64,000 nt of DNA from a virus, in IMG/VR virus record IMGVR_UViG_3300048074_000120, positions 32,001-96,000 of that record. One strand, given 5' to 3'. The position numbers and the translations under genes were made by a program. This document shows, piece after piece, positions 28,470 through 38,254 of this stretch (position 1 is the stretch's first letter; every line of letters starts with the position of its first letter). Below the pieces are notes generated by a model that saw only the letters and a program-made list of their open reading frames with translations, was not told where the DNA came from and made no database searches.

Positions 28470-28556
28470 GCGTTCTCCAGAGTATAGCCGCACAGGCTGG
28501 CCAAATGCTCATGGAATGTGCGCAAGGACAACGGAAACACCGAGATAAGAGCTTTG

Positions 28557-28739
28557 ATGGAAAAACGCAACCGAGCTCCGGAAGACACCAGAGCTCAAAA
28601 GGCACAAGAAAAGCCCGAGCCCACCCAAAGCTCAGGCCTGCGCTACGAGAATCTAGTAGCCAGCTTGTTCTGCGGTAGGGACAAAAGCCAGCCGGTCTAT
28701 GCGGACCCTGGTGCAACTACAACCGGCAAGAAGAGATAA
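28557..28739 (+). CDS. small hypothetical protein
   Basis: 60 aa from ATG 28557, first ORF of the plus-strand block; weak RBS. Confidence 0.4.
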   Translation: MEKRNRAPEDTRAQKAQEKPEPTQSSGLRYENLVASLFCGRDKSQPVYADPGATTTGKKR

Positions 28740-28746
28740 GAAATAC

Positions 28747-28866
28747 ATGAGAGCTCTCATGATCTGGGCGTTCATCACCGGGCTGCTGAATGGAGTCCTG
28801 ATGCGGCTACAAGACTTTTTCAGGGAGATGGAGGAGCTAGATGCTAGTGAACCCGTATGCCGCTAA
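28747..28866 (+). CDS. small single-TM protein (39 aa)
   Basis: My translation MRALMIWAFITGLLNGVLMRLQDFFREMEELDASEPVCR; below the ORF-track cutoff. Confidence 0.4.
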   Translation: MRALMIWAFITGLLNGVLMRLQDFFREMEELDASEPVCR

Positions 28867-29452
28867 TAGCGGTGAACTAGCAGCAATACCAGGCACGAAT
28901 ATCCTAGTAGAATCGTGGGGGGTGGTTGGGACGACGTTCATCGACCCAGCCTACCCCGAGCGAGAGTGGACAGTCCAGGGGCTGTATCTCCCAGTGACAG
29001 GCAGAGCACTCGGGGGAATTCGGGCAAGAGTGATGGACCAAAAGGGGTTCATGAGCTTCTGCAACCAGCGGGATCTCGAAGTCCTCATTGAAGAGTCCAC
29101 CCCTGGGACATTCTGCCGATGGCTAGGAGAGGAGTACCTGGAGCCAGGTGATCCTGGCTGGTGCGGTCTTTGTGTAGACAGTGAAGACCTCGTTGACGAC
29201 CTGTTCGAGCGAGAGCTTGAAATGCGTGCGCAGTACCCCGAGGGGGCGCAATTGCCAAATGGCCTAACCATTGAGAGGCGAGTACACGACGGCAAGTACA
29301 ACGACTACATAGAAACTCTGATGCTGCTGTGGGATTACAACACGGAAGAGAACTTCGGCCCAGACCCACGGCTGGAGACAGTGCAGCAGCGCTGGAGAAG
29401 CGTGGAGCGCACTAACGGAAGGGAACGAATGCACTTATGGAGCAGGCTGTAG
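28841..29452 (+). CDS. hypothetical protein
   Basis: 203 aa, GGAGGAG RBS. Confidence 0.75.
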   Translation: MLVNPYAANSGELAAIPGTNILVESWGVVGTTFIDPAYPEREWTVQGLYLPVTGRALGGIRARVMDQKGFMSFCNQRDLEVLIEESTPGTFCRWLGEEYLEPGDPGWCGLCVDSEDLVDDLFERELEMRAQYPEGAQLPNGLTIERRVHDGKYNDYIETLMLLWDYNTEENFGPDPRLETVQQRWRSVERTNGRERMHLWSRL

Positions 29453-30027
29453 ACGACTACGAGGATGACCTCGAAGACGAAGAAGCAGTAGTGCTTGAAG
29501 AGCCAACCGGCTGCCAGTGCGTGCAATGCACAGACGAAATTGAGATGGTGGCTGAGGTATTCCTTCTGCGAATAGTTCAGCCATACTTCGTTGATGGGCA
29601 GCTACAACACATTGACGTTGCTGGTCCAGACGGCGGGTACGCCTATGACCCGGCGTTCTATTGTTTCGACTGCTGGGAGGAAGTACAAGAGCAGCTAACT
29701 GAGCAGATGGAAGATGCCCCGCCGCTGCAACACCCGGCTGGGCTTCTGCTGTGCGATATCTGCCAGAGCGATGTGCTCCAAGGCGAGATAGTCGGAATGG
29801 TGAGCTTCGGAGAAATACACTGGTCGGAGCGAGCCCCCAACCACGAACGAAGCCCCGTGTTCGTTGACATGGACAATGGCGAGCCAAAGCACATCTGCAT
29901 TGGCTGCCTATACCACCTTGAAGAGAATAGAGATCACCCACTCTGGGTAAATGGGGTAGAGCCCATGCCCGGAGTCACTGCGCCAACCCTTGACGATTTG
30001 TTTGGACGAACCTGGAGAACACGCTAA
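29437..30027 (+). CDS. acidic double zinc-finger protein
   Basis: Four CxxC pairs (CVQC, CFDC, CDIC, CIGC). Confidence 0.7.
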   Translation: MEQAVDDYEDDLEDEEAVVLEEPTGCQCVQCTDEIEMVAEVFLLRIVQPYFVDGQLQHIDVAGPDGGYAYDPAFYCFDCWEEVQEQLTEQMEDAPPLQHPAGLLLCDICQSDVLQGEIVGMVSFGEIHWSERAPNHERSPVFVDMDNGEPKHICIGCLYHLEENRDHPLWVNGVEPMPGVTAPTLDDLFGRTWRTR

Positions 30028-31284
30028 ATGGCCACTAGAAAAACTGCCGCAACCACAGCCGACGCACTCACCGCTGCCTCCCTGCGGAGCAGCGAGATTG
30101 ACGAAGTTATCGAGGTATCAGTCTCAGCGCCCATGGATGGGTACCCCGGGCAACCTGACTGCAAGTGGGGGTTGCCGCTGCTCATTGAAGGGGACTCTGG
30201 CATCGCCAAGACTGCCCGAATCAAAGGGGTAGCTACATCGCTTCAAACGACGTTGTCCACCATCTACGCCGCGCCCCATCCGCCAGAAGACTTCGGTGGC
30301 GCACTCATCCCCGACGGCGAAGGCGATGCCAAGCAAATCGCACCGCTGCCACAGATCCGAAAGATGGTCAAAGAGAAGGCAGGCATCCTCTTCTTCGACG
30401 AGATCAACGGCGCCATGCCTGCTACGCAGGGCGCGCTCATGAGTCTCATCCACGAGCGGCACACAGGCGACGTAGATATACCTCCACGCGTACGCATCCT
30501 CGCCGCCATGAACCCAGAAGAGATTGCGGCTTGTGGCTTTCGGCTATCGCCACCCTTGGCGAATCGCTTCATCCACGTCACCGACCCTGGGCCAGATGCC
30601 CGCGAGTGGATCACCTGGCTGATGGGATCCTCTGCGACAAAGCTGCAAGGATCCCTTGATGCCATCGAGAAAATCGTCATTGAGGAATGGCCCAACCGGT
30701 ACCCCGAAACACAGAGCCTGTTTGCCGGCTTCATCGAGAAGATGCCCTCGCTGCTGCATAAGCGGCCACCCATGTCTGACCCCCAAAGCGGTAAAGCTTG
30801 GCCCTCCCACCGTACGTGGGACTTTGCTACACGCGGCTGGACTACGGCCATCATCCTAGAAAAGAACGACTCCATTCGAGACGCCATGGTGGAAGCTGCC
30901 GTTGGGCCCGGTGCCGCTGAAGAGCTCATTCGCTACTTCAGGGAGGCAGACATCCCTAAGCCCTTGGACGTACTCAATGGTAAGTGGAAGATCAACATTG
31001 ACCGGCTCGATGTTGTACTTGCAGCGTACACAGGCGCTGTTGCCTACGTTCGGCAACGGCCCAGCCGCGAGGAAAAAGAAGACCTAGCACCACTCGCCTG
31101 GCAGTCTATTGCAAAGCTGTTCAACGCGGGCCTTGCCGATATCGTCATCCCCGCCGTCGAAGGTCTCATCAAGGAAAGACTCGGGCACAACTCCGGGAAT
31201 AAATCCATCAAGGAAGCAGCCAACCTTGTGCTGGTCCCTCTATCAAAGAGCAAACTCGCCAGTCACTTAGACGCAAGGGTATAA
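30028..31284 (+). CDS. MoxR-like AAA+ ATPase
   Basis: GDSGIAKT Walker A, LFFDEIN Walker B, AAMNP sensor I, LSPPLANRF arginine finger. Confidence 0.9.
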   Translation: MATRKTAATTADALTAASLRSSEIDEVIEVSVSAPMDGYPGQPDCKWGLPLLIEGDSGIAKTARIKGVATSLQTTLSTIYAAPHPPEDFGGALIPDGEGDAKQIAPLPQIRKMVKEKAGILFFDEINGAMPATQGALMSLIHERHTGDVDIPPRVRILAAMNPEEIAACGFRLSPPLANRFIHVTDPGPDAREWITWLMGSSATKLQGSLDAIEKIVIEEWPNRYPETQSLFAGFIEKMPSLLHKRPPMSDPQSGKAWPSHRTWDFATRGWTTAIILEKNDSIRDAMVEAAVGPGAAEELIRYFREADIPKPLDVLNGKWKINIDRLDVVLAAYTGAVAYVRQRPSREEKEDLAPLAWQSIAKLFNAGLADIVIPAVEGLIKERLGHNSGNKSIKEAANLVLVPLSKSKLASHLDARV

Positions 31285-31287
31285 CGC

Positions 31288-32724
31288 ATGACTCTCACAC
31301 CAACGAAGAAGGGTTGGGCGGCGCAAGACAAGACGTCCAACCTCACGTTGGCCCGTGCCTATGTGAAACAGTACGCCCCGTACATGAGCTCAACTCTGTA
31401 CGGGCTTGTACCTTCACCGGTGCCCGGGCTAACCGCACTTGTGCACGGACCCATGGCTGTCTCGGAGCGACTGGTCCTGTACTACGACCCAGATTGGGTT
31501 GAAACAGTCAGCATGCTCATCGTGGCCACAGGGCTCATGCACGAATGCATGCACGCCCAGCTGCTCCACATCAAGCGAGGAAAGGCATTCGCAGACTCCA
31601 AACGGTTCAACCGCGCTGGTGACCTTTTCATCAACAGCTCCATGCGCCGCCAGCAAAAGCAGGTCAGGGTCACTAAGGGGACTACAAGCTCAAGCGGCGT
31701 CATTACCGAGGACATGTGGGAATTCCCTGACTGGGCACTCATGCCAGAGCGGTATGGGTTTCCAGAAGGGCTCACGGCTGACGAGTACTACGCGCTGCTC
31801 GAGCAATTCGAGAATAAAGCGAAAGGGCAAAGCCAAGAAAAAGGATCAGGGAAGGGCCAATCCAAAGACGGGCAAGACCCGTCCGAAGACGGCGAACCCA
31901 GCCCCGGCGAGGGCGACTCAGGGAAAGGAAAGATACTTGCGGGCTGCTGCGGCGGCATTGCGGGTAACCCCGTCAGCAAGGAACTAGAAAAAGCCCATGA
32001 CGATGAGAAAGGACGATCTGAAGCCGACTGCAAAGGCATCGCCCTAGAAACCGCTCGGGCCATCAAGAAGCACATGGAATCGCAACAGGGGCGTGGAACT
32101 CTTCCAGGCTCCTGGGCAGAGCTCGTTGACATCAGCGAAGCTCAGTTCGAAGTACCTTGGCGCACCAAACTGGCAAACCTAGCAAGGCTTGCCATCGGGC
32201 GGGTAAGAACCGGCGGGCTCGACTACAGCATGCGCCGACCATCGAAACGCTCCTACCTGCGTGGAATCAACCTGCCTGGACTGATTGCCTATGACCCGAA
32301 CCTCATGTTCATAGTGGACAGCTCAGGATCCATGGGCACCAGTCAACTGGCAGACGCCCTAAAAGTGATGTCCGACGTCATGGTGCAAACAGGCATTCAA
32401 CGCGCGTGGTTTCTCGACGCGGACACCGAGGCAAAGCGAGCCCCTATCCTGGTAAGCCCACAAGACCTCAGGTCTCTTGAATTCCTTGGACGAGGTGGAA
32501 CTGACTTTCGATCAGTCATCAACTACATCGACACGGACTTCATGCCTAGGCCAAACATGGTCATCTACCTCACGGATGGCGCAGGTACCGCACCAGAGCG
32601 CTGCCCGAATGGGATTCAGTTCATCTGGTGCATCGTGCCTACCCGGTTCAAAGCAAAGCCCGCGGACTGGGGTGAACTCATTGAGCTCGATGACTTGGTC
32701 GTTGATGAGGAGGCTCTTGAGTGA
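31288..32724 (+). CDS. metallopeptidase-like + vWA protein (DUF2201 type)
   Basis: LMHECMH (HExxH), VDSSGSMG MIDAS, GRGGTDF, YLTDG. Confidence 0.9.
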   Translation: MTLTPTKKGWAAQDKTSNLTLARAYVKQYAPYMSSTLYGLVPSPVPGLTALVHGPMAVSERLVLYYDPDWVETVSMLIVATGLMHECMHAQLLHIKRGKAFADSKRFNRAGDLFINSSMRRQQKQVRVTKGTTSSSGVITEDMWEFPDWALMPERYGFPEGLTADEYYALLEQFENKAKGQSQEKGSGKGQSKDGQDPSEDGEPSPGEGDSGKGKILAGCCGGIAGNPVSKELEKAHDDEKGRSEADCKGIALETARAIKKHMESQQGRGTLPGSWAELVDISEAQFEVPWRTKLANLARLAIGRVRTGGLDYSMRRPSKRSYLRGINLPGLIAYDPNLMFIVDSSGSMGTSQLADALKVMSDVMVQTGIQRAWFLDADTEAKRAPILVSPQDLRSLEFLGRGGTDFRSVINYIDTDFMPRPNMVIYLTDGAGTAPERCPNGIQFIWCIVPTRFKAKPADWGELIELDDLVVDEEALE

Positions 32725-32794
32725 AAACTTCCACAAAAGTCCGGGATAAGAAAGGTAGAGGAGAAGTAGCCATCTTGGCTACGACAAGAAGAAC

Positions 32795-32956
32795 ATGTCA
32801 AAAACCTGGACAATCATTGTGTACTCGGCCGTTGGCCTCGTCTCGAGTGCTGCCATCTTCGTAGCTGGTCATGTCGTCGGCGCTCGCCGCGCACGCAAGC
32901 AGGACGAAGAGCAACAGCAACCGAAACGACAAACGTCCGAAGTCGCACAAGCGTAA
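32795..32956 (+). CDS. small single-TM protein (53 aa)
   Basis: My translation MSKTWTIIVYSAVGLVSSAAIFVAGHVVGARRARKQDEEQQQPKRQTSEVAQA; TM helix then a basic stop-transfer segment. Confidence 0.6.
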   Translation: MSKTWTIIVYSAVGLVSSAAIFVAGHVVGARRARKQDEEQQQPKRQTSEVAQA

Positions 32957-32966
32957 TCAGTATCGG

Positions 32967-32997
32967 AAAAGCTCCTCCACTCGAGTAGGAGCTTTTT
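32967..32997. terminator. bidirectional intrinsic terminator
   Basis: AAAAGCTCCT-loop-AGGAGCTTTTT between convergent genes. Confidence 0.8.
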
Positions 32998-33009
32998 CGT
33001 AGCTCCTCG

Positions 33010-36000
33010 TTAGACCGTACCAGCCGCGCGCCGTGGCGGCAGCTTATTGGGGAGCGGTCGCATATCCACTTGCGTTGCTGCAGCACCATTGGCGCCCAAG
33101 CCTGGCATGCCCCCCTGCGACTGCCCTGTCTGAGGCACTGCATTGCCCGGCATCGTCTGCAGGTATTGAAGCACCAAGTCAGCAAGTTCAGGCGACTGCG
33201 CGCGCAGCTTCTTGATGGCAAGGATCTGGCTAGCCGGATCTTGCTGTGCAAGCTGCATGGCTATCGTCTGCGCCATCGCTAGGATGTTCGAACCACCCAG
33301 CATGGCCTGACCCTCGGGGCCTGAACTTGTACCCATGCCCATGTTCTGCCCCAGTCCAAGCGGGCTTTGCATAGAAGACATTGGGTCGTTCGCCGCCTGC
33401 GACGCACCACCACCAAGAGGCATCGGCATTCCGCCCTGACCGCCGGGAGGTGCCGCGGCAGCTTCGGGACCACCAGGCTCGCCAGGCGCGGCAGGGGCAG
33501 CCAGCGCCGCCTGCGCGTCTTGCTGTGCCTTGGCCTGCATCTTCATCATGATGGCCTGCTGCTTGCCTTGAAGCTCGGCCATTGCCATCTGCTGCTTTTC
33601 CGTGGCCTTCATGCGAGCGGCCGTCTCCCGCTCCATGATCTGATCTTCCTTCTCCTGACTAAGGTCGGAATCTGCCAACAGCGTTGTGTCGCTGACCTTG
33701 TTCGCCTGGTTGAGCTGGAACAGGTAGGCCTTGCGCTGAATGTCGTCCGCCATCTTGAATGGCTTGAAACGAATCTGCGCCATAGGCCAGTCCATGAAGT
33801 CTGCCACTTGTCGCATCACCCAATTGGCCATGCGCTCATGCCGCGACAAGTACACAATGAACTGGTTCTCAAGCATGCGCATCGACACGTTAGTGCCGGC
33901 ATAGCTGAGGCCACCCTTGATGAACTCAAGAGGGACCTGCATACCATTGATGAGCTGCTCGCTAAGCGTCTGCATCTCCTGCACCATGAGGAGAGCTCGA
34001 CCATCGCCACCAATCGTTTGGTTCCCTACGGGCAACGGCAAGATCGGAATGTAGTTCGGGTCCATGCGCCAACGGGCAATCTCAGTTGCCACATGGTCAC
34101 GCCAGTCCACGAGGTTGATGGTCGTGTTGTGTGTGGCTACACCGGCCACGCAAAACGATTTATCACCATGCATTTGAAACCCAATAACCTCGGGCACGTC
34201 ATGCACGTCTTCAATCTCGGAGATGCGCAGAAGCACGTGGTCTCCACGAAAGAGACCACTCTTCTGAGTTCCGTACGCCTCTAAACCTCTGGCTGGCACC
34301 TCGCCAGCAAACAACGAGCGCAGATGGTTGGCGGCCTCCCCATTGAAGTTCAGATGGTACGCAACAGCCCTGTTGATACTGGCCTCTGTGGGTTCCTCAC
34401 ATAGCACCCCGCCAATCAGACCAAAGGATAGTAAAAGACGGCGTGCCTCCATGATCAGTGACGGGTTAGCCAACTTCAACGCTACTCGATTTGTGCTGGT
34501 CTGGAAATCGCAGCCATCGCCTGCGAATAGCGCGCGTAACGCGCACAGCACAACCTGCACGCTGCCCTCAGAAACCTCCGCTGGCATTCGTTTCTCCGCA
34601 AACCCCTCACCGCACAAGGAGAATAGCAGGTCGGACAACAGCACGTCCTCAATAGTCACACTGCGTCCATTCTGTTCTGATCGCTCATGTACAGATACAC
34701 CACGGAACCCTAGACCCTTGACAGCCGCCTCTATCGCCGTTTCAATGTCGACTTCATTCAAGTGCAATGAGAACGACGCCAAGCCGCCCTTACTACTTCC
34801 CTCGGCCAAATAATACCCAATCAACTCGGCCAATCCAAGACTCATGGGCAGGTAGCGACTAACGCGGTCAATCCCATTACCAGCCCGGTGCATGCTGTAT
34901 GCCGTGGCGTAGTCATCTTCGGACCAACCCATAGAGAGCAACAGATCTTTACGCTCACCATGACCGTGCCTTACAGCTGGATGCTGCTCCAGCCATTCGT
35001 ACGCTTCCGCTGCCCCTTGACTCAGCCTGCGGTATACCCAGTGCTCGGTGGCGGCTCTCGACGTGTGCTCAGACAAGTCCAATAGCTCGCTCGGACGTAC
35101 AATACGCGTTATCGGGTACGCAACGTAGTCGCCTTTCCTTAGCTGTGCCGCTGGTATAAAGGCTGGGTCTACAAGTCCTTCTCTAGGTTTCTTCCTACCA
35201 CCCGCCCTTGGTACTGCCAAAATAGGGTGGTCCTCTGACACTACAAACGGAAAGGCTGGCAACGACGCTACCTTGAACCGGTACACTTTCTCTGCAGGTG
35301 CAATACGCCCAGGGATAGTACATGCTGGGTTTACCCCCCTCCGCTTGACCGCCTCTACTCGGCGCCAAGCACCGGTATGACTTCTAAGGTAATCACCCGT
35401 ACTAACTTCTGCTGCTCGAACCAACCCGCCTATGGTTTCTACTAACGTGTCAGGAGACACGCAGTATGGATCAGACGTGCCAGAGCCCGCCTGCGGAAAT
35501 AGAACACGCAACGGAAGAATATGCTCAAGGAGAATCGACTCCTGCGCCTTCTTCATGATCTGCAGATAAAACGTATCTTTCAAACAGGGCAGCAGCAGGG
35601 GCAACCCCCAGCCTCGATCTTGGTCGGCAAGCGTAGGCCGGCGCAGATGAAAGAACATGTCCTGATTGAAGACCACACCCTTTTGCTGACGAAGCGCCTG
35701 GATGAAAACCTCGGGGACCTGCTCAACAGCGTCCTTCTTACCAATGATGACGTCGTTACGAATGGTCGGTGGGATGTTGTAGAAGTAGGTGTAGTTCCCC
35801 GTGAGGTCCGAGTGTGTGACCTCAACATCCTCCGGGTTCCAGCGCATGACGCGCACGCCCGACTCATTCTTGAAGTAGATGTCCTTCGCGCGGGCAGTTC
35901 CTAAATGGCCACAACGCGGGCAGCTCAGCCTGAACTCGAAGTTCGTAAACACCCAGTGTGGGCGTATCCGCTTGGCCTCCGCCTGGTGCCCGCACCCCGC

Positions 36001-36417
36001 ACAGGTCAAGTACTTCTTGAACGGGAAGCTCAAACTCGATAGGCAGTTGCCGTACGTATGGTAGTCAAGACCGCACTCAATCTGGTACGCGCGATAGTTC
36101 AAGTGATCTTCGAAGTACTCCTTCCATTTGGAGGCAACCCTGCTGTCCTCATGGTCAATGAGAATCTCGGTGATGGGGTACTCGGAAAGCTTGAAGACCG
36201 TCGCGTTGATGATCGGGTTGGTGAGGAAGTAGTACCTGCACCACCGAAACATGTTCTTGACCGTAACGGGCAAGTACGTGTGCGCGATGTCGAAGAATGG
36301 GCTTGGGTAGTTGACACCCTGATTGAAGCCATTGTTGATGCGCCCACGTGTGGCAGCAAAACGCAGGCCTCCACCCGCGCCCACGCCACCCATACTCATC
36401 GCGCCAGGGATACTCAT
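33010..36417 (-). CDS. portal protein containing an intein and a zinc-ribbon insert
   Basis: Portal-like segments CRYYFLTNPII, GLDYHTYGN, RWNPE, GWGLPLLLP, GMQVPLEF; about 689 aa after splicing; Gln/Pro/Gly-rich tail. Confidence 0.8.
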   Translation of the reverse strand: MSIPGAMSMGGVGAGGGLRFAATRGRINNGFNQGVNYPSPFFDIAHTYLPVTVKNMFRWCRYYFLTNPIINATVFKLSEYPITEILIDHEDSRVASKWKEYFEDHLNYRAYQIECGLDYHTYGNCLSSLSFPFKKYLTCAGCGHQAEAKRIRPHWVFTNFEFRLSCPRCGHLGTARAKDIYFKNESGVRVMRWNPEDVEVTHSDLTGNYTYFYNIPPTIRNDVIIGKKDAVEQVPEVFIQALRQQKGVVFNQDMFFHLRRPTLADQDRGWGLPLLLPCLKDTFYLQIMKKAQESILLEHILPLRVLFPQAGSGTSDPYCVSPDTLVETIGGLVRAAEVSTGDYLRSHTGAWRRVEAVKRRGVNPACTIPGRIAPAEKVYRFKVASLPAFPFVVSEDHPILAVPRAGGRKKPREGLVDPAFIPAAQLRKGDYVAYPITRIVRPSELLDLSEHTSRAATEHWVYRRLSQGAAEAYEWLEQHPAVRHGHGERKDLLLSMGWSEDDYATAYSMHRAGNGIDRVSRYLPMSLGLAELIGYYLAEGSSKGGLASFSLHLNEVDIETAIEAAVKGLGFRGVSVHERSEQNGRSVTIEDVLLSDLLFSLCGEGFAEKRMPAEVSEGSVQVVLCALRALFAGDGCDFQTSTNRVALKLANPSLIMEARRLLLSFGLIGGVLCEEPTEASINRAVAYHLNFNGEAANHLRSLFAGEVPARGLEAYGTQKSGLFRGDHVLLRISEIEDVHDVPEVIGFQMHGDKSFCVAGVATHNTTINLVDWRDHVATEIARWRMDPNYIPILPLPVGNQTIGGDGRALLMVQEMQTLSEQLINGMQVPLEFIKGGLSYAGTNVSMRMLENQFIVYLSRHERMANWVMRQVADFMDWPMAQIRFKPFKMADDIQRKAYLFQLNQANKVSDTTLLADSDLSQEKEDQIMERETAARMKATEKQQMAMAELQGKQQAIMMKMQAKAQQDAQAALAAPAAPGEPGGPEAAAAPPGGQGGMPMPLGGGASQAANDPMSSMQSPLGLGQNMGMGTSSGPEGQAMLGGSNILAMAQTIAMQLAQQDPASQILAIKKLRAQSPELADLVLQYLQTMPGNAVPQTGQSQGGMPGLGANGAAATQVDMRPLPNKLPPRRAAGTV
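34126..35463 (-). mobile_element. intein with LAGLIDADG endonuclease in portal (446 aa)
   Basis: SDPY|CVSPDTLVET ... SFCVAGVATHN|TTIN; LIGYYLAEGS and LRALFAGDG motifs. Confidence 0.92.
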
Positions 36418-36420
36418 GGG

Positions 36421-37464
36421 CTATTCCAAACCTCCGCTACCACCACTATAACCTGAGCCAAACACCCGTTCGGTGGCGACTTGCCCCGTGTCCCCTGGCT
36501 CAGTTGCAGGGGGACGTGCTGGTTCGTGCGGCACATGCGAAGGAACCGGCTGCTGCCCACCGCGTCGCATGCGGTCGACACCCTTTCCGATCGCACCGCC
36601 TCCTCGCTCGAGCGCACTGCTCAAAGCGAGACTACCTGCCAACGACAAGGGGGCCGCCATGGTGCCCAAGGTGCCACCTGCCAAACGACCAATGCGCTCA
36701 CCCTTGCCCATGCCCTGACCGTTCTCTCCACCCGGGGCACGCAGCGCCTGCACGGCTTGCATCGCGGGGAGACCCACCATCAAGGCCTTCATCCGTGGAC
36801 TCGCGCCAGCCCAGCCCGCGTGCAGTCCTGCCTTAGCCGTCGGCAATAATCCTTCTCGGCCAATGGATTTGGCAATGCCCGGGAGACTAGTAAGGCCCAT
36901 CTCCTGCGCCTTTTCCGTAGCCCCTAACGTGGCTTTTGCTCGAGCAACCTCAACGGGATTGCCCGCCTCCATGGCCTTTGCCAACGCCGCACGCGGACCT
37001 GCTGCGCCGGCGCCAATGCTCTCGACGGACTTTGCCGTGCCGCCTGGAGCCCACCCCGTCAAACTGTGCACTTGCCGCTGACCGAACCGAGAGAACGATC
37101 CGGCAGTGTTGTTCTTGGCCGCCAAGCCCTTGGTCAAATCCTGCACGGCTTGAGGACGCATGCCGCCCGCGGCCGCACCAAGTGCCCCACCCGCCAATGA
37201 ACCAACCATGGCGCCCCGCGCCGCACCACCAAGACCACGCTGCAACCCATGCACAGCAGAAGCGCCAATGCCCTGGCCCTGCCCGCGTGCTTCCCGGTAC
37301 CCTTTGACCAATCCATGGGCGCCACCGACGGCGAGCCCCGCACCAAGGCCAAGTCCGAGCCCACTGCCGAGCCCGGCCTGAATGGCATTGCCTGCAAGCG
37401 CTTCCTTGCTGAGCTGCTCAACAAAGCCGCGCATGACGGGTTCAGTAAGAGTCGGTTCATACAT
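36421..37464 (-). CDS. multi-glycine-zipper putative ejection/membrane protein
   Basis: Start moved to MYEP at 37464 (ATGTATGA overlap); GFVEQLSKEAL, then several GxxxG-rich hydrophobic segments. Confidence 0.7.
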   Translation of the reverse strand: MYEPTLTEPVMRGFVEQLSKEALAGNAIQAGLGSGLGLGLGAGLAVGGAHGLVKGYREARGQGQGIGASAVHGLQRGLGGAARGAMVGSLAGGALGAAAGGMRPQAVQDLTKGLAAKNNTAGSFSRFGQRQVHSLTGWAPGGTAKSVESIGAGAAGPRAALAKAMEAGNPVEVARAKATLGATEKAQEMGLTSLPGIAKSIGREGLLPTAKAGLHAGWAGASPRMKALMVGLPAMQAVQALRAPGGENGQGMGKGERIGRLAGGTLGTMAAPLSLAGSLALSSALERGGGAIGKGVDRMRRGGQQPVPSHVPHEPARPPATEPGDTGQVATERVFGSGYSGGSGGLE

Positions 37465-38254
37465 GACGAAGCACCTGCAGCTGCAGCTCAAGGCGTTGAC
37501 GAGACGCCTCTAAGTATACGTTGGACACAAACATCCGCCGAAGCTGCTCATCCTCAATGCTGTCCCCTCGAGGGGGCCTACCGGCGGCCTTCACTAAGGG
37601 CCACTTCGACTGCACGTATGCGGCATCCACAGGATAGTCAGAAACGTCCACGGTCACAAAATCCATCGGGGCTGTGGGAAAGAGCTCACCCCGATAGCGA
37701 TACACCTGCTGCAGGTAAGTCTTGACCTCGAGACTCCACTGCATGTCGTCGCGAATGCGGTTGGCGATGTCAACGGCAACCATACACTCGGCAATCTCGG
37801 GCACCTGCGCACTGTGAAAATCGGCAAAAGAGCCGTTGAACGCCGCACAGCAATGCAGGAAAATCTCCCACTGCAGCCAAAACGTATCAACCAAATGGAG
37901 CGTTTTGCAGGCCTGCACCTTCTCCAGATTGACCTCAGAGACGGTGGGCGTTCGAAAGTCCTGCTGCACGTGCGCAACCAACGTCTCGAGCTCCCAACCA
38001 AGCCAGTCAGCCCCATACCGATTCAACAGGGCCAAATCCAGCGTGAGCGGGTGTGTGTCGGGGTTCCGAAACAGGTTATCCAGCGCCACGCTGGACACCT
38101 TCGACTTTGGGTAAAGCGACGCTACAGTCGTAGGATTTACCCGCTCGTCACCCTGCGTGGTCTCAACCACGATGGTCGGTTCCTCTTCAATCAGCTGGGC
38201 GGGGTCACGAACTTTGGAGAGGACTTGCTCGTAGATGCCGTTACTGGACGTCAT
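37457..38254 (-). CDS. hypothetical protein
   Basis: 265 aa, overlaps both neighbours in the portal block. Confidence 0.7.
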   Translation of the reverse strand: MTSSNGIYEQVLSKVRDPAQLIEEEPTIVVETTQGDERVNPTTVASLYPKSKVSSVALDNLFRNPDTHPLTLDLALLNRYGADWLGWELETLVAHVQQDFRTPTVSEVNLEKVQACKTLHLVDTFWLQWEIFLHCCAAFNGSFADFHSAQVPEIAECMVAVDIANRIRDDMQWSLEVKTYLQQVYRYRGELFPTAPMDFVTVDVSDYPVDAAYVQSKWPLVKAAGRPPRGDSIEDEQLRRMFVSNVYLEASRQRLELQLQVLRHV

